A stretch of DNA of 57,160 bases, from positions 133,091 through 190,250 of IMG/VR virus record IMGVR_UViG_3300037493_005727. One strand, written 5' to 3'. The position numbers and the translations under genes were made by a program. Below, one piece after another: positions 44,548 through 51,229 of the stretch. A model generated the notes under the pieces. That model was not told the origin of the DNA. It saw nothing but the letters and a program-made list of their open reading frames with translations, and did not search any database. Position 1 is the first letter of the stretch; each line of letters starts with the position of its first letter. This stretch comes from a virus.

Positions 44548-45000
44548 TCAGTGAGACAGGCCAGAACTGCGCTCTTGCTGATCGAGAGCGCCACCCTGAT
44601 ACAGCCGGAACGGCGGGACGGGAGCCCTGAACCATCCCTTGGTCGGTTCGAACCGAAGGAAGTCCAGCAGCACGCGCCCGTAAGACCGCAGGGCCACTCG
44701 CCCGTAGGTTTCGTCGAATCCGTTGGGACCGTTGATGTCCCGGTACAGCGCCTTGTACAGCCCTTCACGCGCCCCGGTGGCCATGATCGCCGCCCGGATC
44801 TGGTTGTTGTACATCGCGTGATTCTTGTGCAGCCACGTCTCCAACTCCCACGGCTGGGAGCAGGCGCAATGGCCCGGGATGGCCACGCCCATCTGGACCA
44901 GGTGGTGCAGCAGGTCGGTCCACTTCTTCACAGGCACCTTCGCCTGAAGCGCCGCAGTGAACTCGGCGATCCAGCCCAACTCCTCTGGGGTGAAGAGCAT
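44548..45000 (-). CDS. hypothetical protein (150 aa)
   Basis: The ATG lies 29 nt downstream of motif copy 3. Confidence 0.5.
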   Translation of the reverse strand: MLFTPEELGWIAEFTAALQAKVPVKKWTDLLHHLVQMGVAIPGHCACSQPWELETWLHKNHAMYNNQIRAAIMATGAREGLYKALYRDINGPNGFDETYGRVALRSYGRVLLDFLRFEPTKGWFRAPVPPFRLYQGGALDQQERSSGLSH

Positions 45001-45028
45001 CAGTGTCTCCTTCGAGCCGGGTAAGAAA

Positions 45029-45064
45029 GCTTTGGCTCAAGTCCTGATACCAAAAAACAGCCCC
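45029..45064 (-). promoter_or_regulatory. copy 3 of the promoter-like motif (TTTTTTGGTATCAGGACTTGAGCCAAAGC)
   Basis: It is followed to the right by the nested hairpin GCCCC-AA-CCTAC-GAAG-GTAGG-A-GGGGGC with flanking T/A runs. Confidence 0.4.
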
Positions 45065-45102
45065 AACCTACGAAGGTAGGAGGGGGCTTTTCGGCGGGCC
45101 GA

Positions 45103-45627
45103 TTACGAGGGCAACTGGTACCGGGACGTTTCAGGGTCCCAGAGCAGCAGCTCGTGATCCCACCAGGGCATCATCCCCTTGGTGCCCTCGTCGAGGGCGG
45201 CGGCCATGCGGTCCACCCTGACCTGGGGGACCCCGTGGGTGTTGCGCGGACCGGCGATGGCCGGGTCGATGCGGAGGGTCATGATGACCACCTCCGCCCC
45301 GAACGCCTGCCCGACCGCCACGTAGGGGGCGATCTCAGCCACCGACGTGGACGTGTTGTCCACCACGATGACCGGCTCGGGGACGGGGTTACGGACCCCG
45401 GAGATCTTGGCCAGCTCGCGCTGGGCATACCCGTCCTGCAGGTGCTCGATGACCGAGAGCAGGCACGCCCCGTGAGCCGCCGGGAGCTTGGCGGGGTTGA
45501 AGACGTACTTCTCCCCTTCCATCATCCCGTCGTCCGCCGACGCGATGAGGTCAGCCTTGGGGAGCTCCTTCCGGGCGAAGGTGCTCTTCCCGCTGCCGGG
45601 GATGCCTCGAAGAATGATAAGGCGCAT
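45103..45627 (-). CDS. polynucleotide-kinase-like P-loop kinase (T4 Pnk kinase-domain-like, 174 aa)
   Basis: MRLIILRGIPGSGKSTFARKE plus a downstream VVDNTSTS segment. It parallels the T4 Pnk kinase domain (IILTIGCPGSGKSTWARE...ISDTNL). No phosphatase domain is present. Confidence 0.5.
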   Translation of the reverse strand: MRLIILRGIPGSGKSTFARKELPKADLIASADDGMMEGEKYVFNPAKLPAAHGACLLSVIEHLQDGYAQRELAKISGVRNPVPEPVIVVDNTSTSVAEIAPYVAVGQAFGAEVVIMTLRIDPAIAGPRNTHGVPQVRVDRMAAALDEGTKGMMPWWDHELLLWDPETSRYQLPS

Positions 45628-45711
45628 GGGTGGTCCTTTCTCGGCTTTCACCGAAGTGAGACGCAGTGCCAATAACTAGCCACCTCCGGCTCCCATGCAG
45701 GAGCTTGCGTC

Positions 45712-45746
45712 GGGTTCAAGTACTAATACCCTAAAAATGATCAGTT
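45712..45746 (-). promoter_or_regulatory. copy 4 of the promoter-like motif (AACTGATCATTTTTAGGGTATTAGTACTTGAACCC)
   Basis: Near-identical to copies 5 and 6. Confidence 0.4.
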
Positions 45747-45752
45747 TTAGGG

Positions 45753-46124
45753 TTAGGCCGCCCCGACGTGTCCGAGGTACTCCTCGCACTTCTTCAATTC
45801 TCTCTCTTCCTCCGGGGTGAGCTCACCCTTCTGTTTCTTCTCTAGAAACAAGCGGTATCTCCTTTCAACGCTGACGTAGAGGTCCATCTTGAAGATCGCT
45901 GCGTCTGCCTCGTTGGCGGTCTTCCCAAGCAGCCGCTTCTCCAGCCCGTACAGAAGGTATGGTCTCATCCGCTCCGTTTGCATGACGGTCAGTTCGAAGA
46001 CTTCATCCCCGTACCCCTCGAGAGTCACGTACACCGTGCTGAGGTCACGCTCATCCGCAACGATGTTGACGGTCTTGACACAAGCGTCTGGAGCAACGGC
46101 CGTTGCTGTTCTATGCTCTGCCAT
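45753..46124 (-). CDS. hypothetical protein (123 aa)
   Basis: Strong AGGAAGGAG RBS. Confidence 0.5.
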   Translation of the reverse strand: MAEHRTATAVAPDACVKTVNIVADERDLSTVYVTLEGYGDEVFELTVMQTERMRPYLLYGLEKRLLGKTANEADAAIFKMDLYVSVERRYRLFLEKKQKGELTPEEERELKKCEEYLGHVGAA

Positions 46125-46151
46125 TCAGCGTCTCCTTCCTGGTGAGAGTTC

Positions 46152-46997
46152 ATGTTCTACCGCCTCGGACAGCATCATGCTCTCGCCGCATTAGGCCTCG
46201 AAAAGCTCGCGGCGATTCTACGCCCAGGGATTGGGGGTCCCGCGGCGGAGATTCAACGGCACGTCGACACCGGTAACTTCGCTGAAGCTTCCAGGCTGGC
46301 TCGGCAACCAGGGGCTTTCGTGGATCAGCAGCACCTCAGCCCTTTTGACCTCGGACACCACATCCGGCATCTCGGGGCGGGGGTCGAAGGCAGCGCGGAA
46401 CTGATGGTCCACCCCCAGCACGGCGTCAACGCCACGAAGATCTACGACCCTCGGGGGATCACTAAGCGTCGTGGGGTTGAACTCAAAGGGGAGGCGTTCA
46501 ACCGTATCCAGAACTTCGAACCCAGGTCTACCAGAGATCGTGAGCTACAGCAGCATCTCGTACGCCTCCTTGGGCAGACAACGCCTCCCAGGCCGACAGA
46601 CGCCGGGATCCCGACGGTTCTCCCAGCCCACCACTTCGAATTCGTGCCTGGGCATCACGGGGATCATGTTCTACCCGCTGACCAGGAAGCCCGTTTCACG
46701 ACGCTGCAGGGGCAAATGCGCGACTTCATCCCCAGGGCTACCGGCGGTATGACGGTCCACGACACCAACAAGCGGGACAACTGGATCATCGGTCCTGATG
46801 GCCGCCCCACTCTGGTCGATTTCTCCCTTACCAGCGCTCCGGGCGCTTCTTGGGGGGACATCCAGCAGAAGGCGCTCCCCGGGGCGGACCCTAAAACAAT
46901 CTTCGCCCGCCACAGGGAAGGGTTTGATTCCGCCGAACCGTCCGACGACCCACGCTACGCCGAACCCCCGCCGGTGAGGGCGGGGGCCCGACGTTAG
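46152..46997 (+). CDS. protein-kinase-like protein (atypical or eukaryotic-like kinase fold candidate, 281 aa), rightward gene inside the leftward block
   Basis: It is the only long ORF over this 850-bp stretch and its codon third positions are GC-biased like the rest of the genome. VHDTNKRDNWII resembles the HRDLKPEN catalytic loop, and TLVDFS resembles DFG. Confidence 0.45.
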   Translation: MFYRLGQHHALAALGLEKLAAILRPGIGGPAAEIQRHVDTGNFAEASRLARQPGAFVDQQHLSPFDLGHHIRHLGAGVEGSAELMVHPQHGVNATKIYDPRGITKRRGVELKGEAFNRIQNFEPRSTRDRELQQHLVRLLGQTTPPRPTDAGIPTVLPAHHFEFVPGHHGDHVLPADQEARFTTLQGQMRDFIPRATGGMTVHDTNKRDNWIIGPDGRPTLVDFSLTSAPGASWGDIQQKALPGADPKTIFARHREGFDSAEPSDDPRYAEPPPVRAGARR

Positions 46998-47398
46998 CTT
47001 TCCAGCGTTGAAACCCAGCTGCGCAGCTTTTCTGGGGTCAGCTCGTTGAAGGGGACACGGGTGACATCGAACCCCGCGGCCGCCAGGATCGTCACCATCT
47101 TCATGGCTCCGGGGGTGTTCATGGAGTGCACGAGAACGGGGACTCCTTGATCGAGCTTCTGCGCAACGGCCTTTGCCACGACGCCCCCGTTGGTGAAGGC
47201 GCCGTCAGCCGTGACCCCCTGCTTGTACAGGTCGTAGTCCAACAGGACCCCGTGGTAGGTGTCCGCCTCGTCCTTCTTGAGGATGGCCAACGCAGCGCCG
47301 CCTGAACGCGCCCAGACCACCCGCACCTCTTTGGGGAGGTGCGCCGTGAAGAAGGCATGCCGGTCAGAGTCATCCTCGACCAGCAGGAGGCGGATCAT
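46994..47398 (-). CDS. stand-alone response-regulator receiver (REC/CheY-like) domain protein (134 aa)
   Basis: MIRLLLVEDD...VLLDYDLYK...VLVHSMNTPG...K pattern. It has a GGAGAGGAGGAAGC RBS. Confidence 0.5.
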   Translation of the reverse strand: MIRLLLVEDDSDRHAFFTAHLPKEVRVVWARSGGAALAILKKDEADTYHGVLLDYDLYKQGVTADGAFTNGGVVAKAVAQKLDQGVPVLVHSMNTPGAMKMVTILAAAGFDVTRVPFNELTPEKLRSWVSTLES

Positions 47399-47727
47399 GC
47401 TTCCTCCTCTCCAAAGTCGATCTCGAGCATGATCTTCTGTTCGATCCGCTTTTGGGACCACCCGGCCTTGGCGAGGTGGCAGACAGCCAACTCCAGCGCC
47501 ATCTGGAACTTCCAGCGCCCCAGCGAGGTGTCTTCCGCCTGCCCAAGCTTATTGGCGTAGCGGAGGATGGCGACCCCCGATACCAGGTCCTGCTCCTGGC
47601 GGTCCGGCGGTCCAGCGAGGGCCCTGGCTCGCCCAAAGGCCACCTTGTAGGCCTCCGGTCCAACCACGAACAGCTCCAGCCACTGGCCGTAGAGAAACCC
47701 GGCCAACCAACCTAGCGCGTAGCGCAT
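47395..47727 (-). CDS. hypothetical protein (110 aa)
   Basis: The ATG lies 30 nt downstream of motif copy 5. Its stop overlaps the REC start (ATGA). Confidence 0.5.
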   Translation of the reverse strand: MRYALGWLAGFLYGQWLELFVVGPEAYKVAFGRARALAGPPDRQEQDLVSGVAILRYANKLGQAEDTSLGRWKFQMALELAVCHLAKAGWSQKRIEQKIMLEIDFGEEEA

Positions 47728-47756
47728 AGTTCATCCTCTCTGAGCCGTAGGTACGA

Positions 47757-47796
47757 TCTTTGGCTCAAGGTCTAATACCCCTAAAAAAGATCACTT
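47757..47796 (-). promoter_or_regulatory. copy 5 of the promoter-like motif (AAGTGATCTTTTTTAGGGGTATTAGACCTTGAGCCAAAGA)
   Basis: It is preceded in gene sense by the hairpin GGGGGCCCCCC-AAAA-GGGGGTCCCC (47810-47836). Confidence 0.45.
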
Positions 47797-47851
47797 TACT
47801 GATGGGTAGCGGGGACCCCCTTTTGGGGGGCCCCCGGCGAACCAGGGTGAC

Positions 47852-48064
47852 CTACCGCTTGGCCTTCTTCTTGGCCTTCTTCTTGGACCTGGCGGGCTTC
47901 CCGAAAAGGGACACGACGAAGCGCTCGTCCGCGGCCTTCTCCTCCTCCGAAGGGTCGAACCAGCCCCACGAATCCATCAACCGCACGCCACCCACCGCGC
48001 CCACCAGCGCGCCGCCAGCCGAAACAGCGGCCACCGCGGCGCTCTTAAGAATCGTTCCGATCAT
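47852..48064 (-). CDS. small membrane protein with a Lys-rich C-terminal tail (70 aa)
   Basis: The ATG at 48064 has a GAAAGGA RBS. It has a hydrophobic helix (ILKSAAVAAVSAGGALVGAVGGV) and then KKKAKKKAKR. Confidence 0.45.
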   Translation of the reverse strand: MIGTILKSAAVAAVSAGGALVGAVGGVRLMDSWGWFDPSEEEKAADERFVVSLFGKPARSKKKAKKKAKR

Positions 48065-48236
48065 GTTTTTGTCCTTTCTCGGCCTGGACCGAGGGTTCAA
48101 CGGGTTGGACTTCTTTGACACTGAGGATCCGCACGACCTCGCCACCCGGCGGAGTCAGCGGTTCCTCAGATCCCATCACTACGGTGGTCAGACCCGCCGC
48201 GTTGCGGACGGCCCAGCCAATGATTGGTCTTTTCAT
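48045..48236 (-). CDS. hypothetical protein (63 aa)
   Basis: The ORF has a GGGAG RBS. Confidence 0.4.
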   Translation of the reverse strand: MKRPIIGWAVRNAAGLTTVVMGSEEPLTPPGGEVVRILSVKEVQPVEPSVQAEKGQKHDRNDS

Positions 48237-48247
48237 AGGCTCCCAGG

Positions 48248-48553
48248 TTACGGGGAAACGCGGATCGCGCTCTTGCCCGTCAGAACGTTCTTCAACTTCG
48301 CGCCGGGGGCGTTGATGGTCCAGGGGTAGACCCCCTCACCGTGGCCGCGGCTCGTCACCGAGACCTTGTTCCCGTCCTCGTCGCGGAAGTACAAGACGTT
48401 GCCCTGGGCCATCCGCGTCGCCTTCTTCTCCAGGGCCTTGAAGCTCGCCTTGGTACCGCCTTGGGCGATCCACAGCGCCAAGGCGTCGTCGATCCAGGTA
48501 CCGCCGGTACGGCGGAGGCGGGACCAGCCAACCATCTCTAAGAGGTCGAACAT
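48248..48553 (-). CDS. hypothetical protein (101 aa)
   Basis: The ATG at 48553 lies about 35 nt downstream of motif copy 6. Track ORF 48248..48619 was trimmed. Confidence 0.45.
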   Translation of the reverse strand: MFDLLEMVGWSRLRRTGGTWIDDALALWIAQGGTKASFKALEKKATRMAQGNVLYFRDEDGNKVSVTSRGHGEGVYPWTINAPGAKLKNVLTGKSAIRVSP

Positions 48554-48585
48554 TGGTGTATCTTTCTCCCTGCTTCCAGGGTGTA

Positions 48586-48623
48586 GGGGTTCAAAGTCTA
48601 ATACCCTAAAAAAGATCACTTTT
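48586..48623 (-). promoter_or_regulatory. copy 6 of the promoter-like motif (AAGTGATCTTTTTTAGGGTATTAGACTTTGAACCCC)
   Basis: Near-identical to copy 5. It is preceded in gene sense by the hairpin around 48628-48655. Confidence 0.45.
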
Positions 48624-48666
48624 ATGACCCCCAGGGACCCCCTTTCGGGGGCCCCCGGAACCGCCT

Positions 48667-49449
48667 TTACTTGGTAAAGTGGCGAACGGTGCCTTTGAGG
48701 CGAATGGGAGCGACCACCCCCCAGCCCTTCTTGAGCAGTTCATTGGAGTAGACGGGGCTGCTCACGCACGAAATGGTGACGTGGTGCAGCTGCCCCAGAC
48801 TCGGGGCGTTGTAGGGCTCAGGCAGCGTGACCTTTACCGCCTGCCCCTTGTCGTCGGAGGCCTCCCCGACGACCTCGAACTCCACGACCTTCTCGAGGAG
48901 TGGCTCAAAAGCCTTGATCAGTTCAGGCCCAGGCTTGAACGCCAAGGTCACGTGATGCCCAAAGACCTTCGGGTGGATGGGCGGGAAGGCCTTGAGCAGG
49001 GCGTCCTTGGAAGGCTCGTCCAAGAAGATCGCCGTGTAGACGGGCTTCGGCTGAACTGGGATTCTGAGCAGGGCCAGCGCCTTCTCTGGCACCCCGTCGC
49101 AGCTGGGGTGGCAGTCGTGCTTCTCCAGGGCGGCAATGGCCGCCATGATTCGTTCGTCCGAAGCTCTCCAGCCAGCTCGGGAGATCCGGTCATTCTCCTC
49201 GGCCTTGGTCACCTGCTCCGCGAAATACTTCACCTTCTCATCGGCCAACTGCTGGCCCAGTTGCTCGTCTTCGAGCTCCTTGATGCGCTTGTGCAAGCGC
49301 GCCTTGGTCTCCATGAAGATCGTTTCATGGTCTCGGATGAGCTCCGCCTGGTCGCGGATGGTCTGTTTCATCTCCCGCTCCCGCATCTTCAGCACGATGA
49401 CGTCACCCATCGCTTGTCCAAGCCCGATAGCAGGATCTCCTTCACTCAT
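48667..49449 (-). CDS. 2H phosphoesterase superfamily protein (LigT/CPDase-like) with an N-terminal coiled-coil extension (260 aa)
   Basis: It has two H-x-T-x motifs, HHVTLAF and LHHVTIS, in the C-terminal approximately 130 aa. The N-terminal approximately 130 aa are Glu/Lys/Arg-rich helical. Confidence 0.55.
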   Translation of the reverse strand: MSEGDPAIGLGQAMGDVIVLKMREREMKQTIRDQAELIRDHETIFMETKARLHKRIKELEDEQLGQQLADEKVKYFAEQVTKAEENDRISRAGWRASDERIMAAIAALEKHDCHPSCDGVPEKALALLRIPVQPKPVYTAIFLDEPSKDALLKAFPPIHPKVFGHHVTLAFKPGPELIKAFEPLLEKVVEFEVVGEASDDKGQAVKVTLPEPYNAPSLGQLHHVTISCVSSPVYSNELLKKGWGVVAPIRLKGTVRHFTK

Positions 49450-49642
49450 TTTTACGCATCTCCGCGTAGCGGGCGGTCGCCAGCCACTTCATGTAGTGGG
49501 ACTTCTCCAACGTGTCGATGATCTGAAGCAGTTCTTGGGCGAAGGGGTGGCCTACCCGGATAACGCCCACCGTCTTGTTGAGGAGGTTGATGGCCTGAGA
49601 CAGGTACTTCTCCGCGTCTTCGTCTAGGTGGTTTAGGGGCAT
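49442..49642 (-). CDS. hypothetical protein (66 aa), first gene of the leftward block
   Basis: Track ORF 49442..49927 trimmed to the ATG at 49642. It overlaps the downstream start by 8 nt. Confidence 0.45.
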   Translation of the reverse strand: MPLNHLDEDAEKYLSQAINLLNKTVGVIRVGHPFAQELLQIIDTLEKSHYMKWLATARYAEMRKNE

Positions 49643-49644
49643 TA

Positions 49645-49670
49645 CTCCTGATACCCTAATAGAGTCCTGG
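49645..49670 (-). promoter_or_regulatory. copy 7 (partial) of the promoter-like motif (CTATTAGGGTATCAGGAG) in the divergent region between the leftward and rightward blocks
   Basis: It has the GGTATCAG core but lacks the TTGAGCC half. The ATG lies only 8 nt downstream. Confidence 0.3.
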
Positions 49671-49702
49671 CTTTCGGTCGAAAAAACAGGTAGGCTACGT
49701 CC

Positions 49703-49957
49703 ATGCCCGACATCCAACCCGGCCTGGTTCACACCGTTGACCCGTCCCGCTGTGGCAACTGTAAGCACCCTCGAGCGGCTCACGTTGAGGGCATCTGCTT
49801 GTTTGACTCCACGACCTTCCGTGAGGAGAAAGCAGAGGATCACATGGACTGCGTCTGTGAGGTCGTCACCGAAACGGCGCCACCGGAGAGGGTAAGGGCT
49901 CCTACGCCACAAAGGGTCCTCACCCACTACTATCCACCCATGGGCGTCATTGTCTGA
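49703..49957 (+). CDS. C2HC zinc-motif family protein (84 aa)
   Basis: Motif CGNCKHPRAAHVEGICLFD. Confidence 0.5.
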   Translation: MPDIQPGLVHTVDPSRCGNCKHPRAAHVEGICLFDSTTFREEKAEDHMDCVCEVVTETAPPERVRAPTPQRVLTHYYPPMGVIV

Positions 49958-50183
49958 CCGTGCCTACAAGATCCGCATGCCGGTGATGCAGCAGGTCTGC
50001 CTGAACTGTCACAGGGACCGCGTCCAACATGTAGATGGAAAGTGCTTGTTTGAGGCCTCGGAGTTCAAGCCTGGCGGGGTCAACGTGACCAAGAAAACGG
50101 TCACGGCCCCGGTAGTCTGTGGCCGCTGCGGCGGGAGCAAGAAGGACCCCGAGCACGAAGGTACTTGCGGCGCCTGTTCCTGA
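49950..50183 (+). CDS. C2HC zinc-motif family protein with a second C-terminal CxxC...CGAC cluster (77 aa; TTG start or ATG at 49977)
   Basis: Motifs CLNCHRDRVQHVDGKCLFE and CGRCGGSKKDPEHEGTCGACS. Confidence 0.5.
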   Translation: MSDRAYKIRMPVMQQVCLNCHRDRVQHVDGKCLFEASEFKPGGVNVTKKTVTAPVVCGRCGGSKKDPEHEGTCGACS

Positions 50184-50197
50184 GCTAAGCTAGGAAC

Positions 50198-50689
50198 ATG
50201 GCCCTCATCCCCTACCAGTTCATCCCGCCGAACGGCTTCAAGGAGCTCAAAGCACGCTACGGCGACTTCAAGTTCACCGAGCTCTCCAAGGGTGAAGTCG
50301 ACATCGACGATACCTGGGAGAAGGACAACCTCGTTGTACTGCGTAAAGTGTGCGGGACCGCCTGCAACATTCAGCTGCACCGTCTCGTCGCGCCTATCTT
50401 CGAGGTCTGTCTCGCCGAGGCGATCAAGCGAGTCCCCGGGTACAAGGTTCGAATGCTCGGCGGGCACAGCGCCCGTCACATGATGCACGACCCCTCGAAG
50501 CCACTCAGCACGCACTCCTGGGGCTGCGCCTTCGACGTGAACTGGGACAAGAACCCGGTGGCGAGGACCCTGGTGACGGACCTTCCTCCGGAATGGGTGG
50601 CTGCGTTCACGGAGCAGGGGTGGAACTGGGGCGGCGCTTGGAAGGGCACGAAGGACGCCATGCACTTCCAGTACGCCACGGGGCTCTAA
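50198..50689 (+). CDS. peptidase M15 / LAS-family (VanY-like) cell-wall hydrolase, endolysin candidate (163 aa)
   Basis: LGGHSARHMMHD and STHSWGCAFD match the zinc-binding SxHxxGxAxD signature of M15/LAS peptidases. Confidence 0.7.
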   Translation: MALIPYQFIPPNGFKELKARYGDFKFTELSKGEVDIDDTWEKDNLVVLRKVCGTACNIQLHRLVAPIFEVCLAEAIKRVPGYKVRMLGGHSARHMMHDPSKPLSTHSWGCAFDVNWDKNPVARTLVTDLPPEWVAAFTEQGWNWGGAWKGTKDAMHFQYATGL

Positions 50690-50749
50690 GAAGAGGCGTG
50701 ACGTTCGTACCCCATCGCCTATACTCAGGCGGTCCAACGTGGAGATGCA

Positions 50750-51226
50750 ATGAACGAAACCTTTGCCAGCGTTCTGCTTTTTCACACCGCGCTGAAGAAC
50801 TTCTTGCTGGCCACTGTCGGATTGACGGTTGATCGAACACTCAGCGCCAACGATGTGATTCTCGCAGACGGCGCTGGGGCGTTCATTCGACTTCAGAAGA
50901 AAACTAACGGCGCCACAACTTCGATTGGGATGGAGCTCGGAACAAGCGCGGACGCACTCGAAACCTCTACGTACGATCCTGAGCGCTGGTTCCCCTTCGA
51001 TACCTCCGCGGAGGGGGTGTTCCTAGGGCAAGCGCGTTGGGAGCCGGAAGCGAAGAGGATTACCCTCTTTGTGATGGCCAGCGGGGACCGTTGGGCTAAG
51101 CGCTACCGCGCTACGGCGTCTTTGATCTTGCGAACCAGCTCCCTGGCGCACCAGGACCACCTCAATCCCATGACAGAGCCCAACTTCAAGCTGAACGGCG
51201 GGTCCTACGTTCAGGCCGGAGCGTAA
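50750..51226 (+). CDS. hypothetical protein (158 aa)
   Basis: The ORF has a GGAGATG RBS. Confidence 0.5.
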   Translation: MNETFASVLLFHTALKNFLLATVGLTVDRTLSANDVILADGAGAFIRLQKKTNGATTSIGMELGTSADALETSTYDPERWFPFDTSAEGVFLGQARWEPEAKRITLFVMASGDRWAKRYRATASLILRTSSLAHQDHLNPMTEPNFKLNGGSYVQAGA

Positions 51227-51229
51227 CCC

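Noticed and set aside
47757-47796. Resemblance of the top-strand reading of the motif (TCTAATACCCTAAAAAAG) to T3/T7-class promoters (TAATACGACTCACTATAG / AATTAACCCTCACTAAAG)
   Set aside because: In that orientation transcription would run rightward, antisense to every adjacent gene. The genes served are leftward. The resemblance is probably AT-rich coincidence, so the motif is reported in gene sense without assigning a polymerase.
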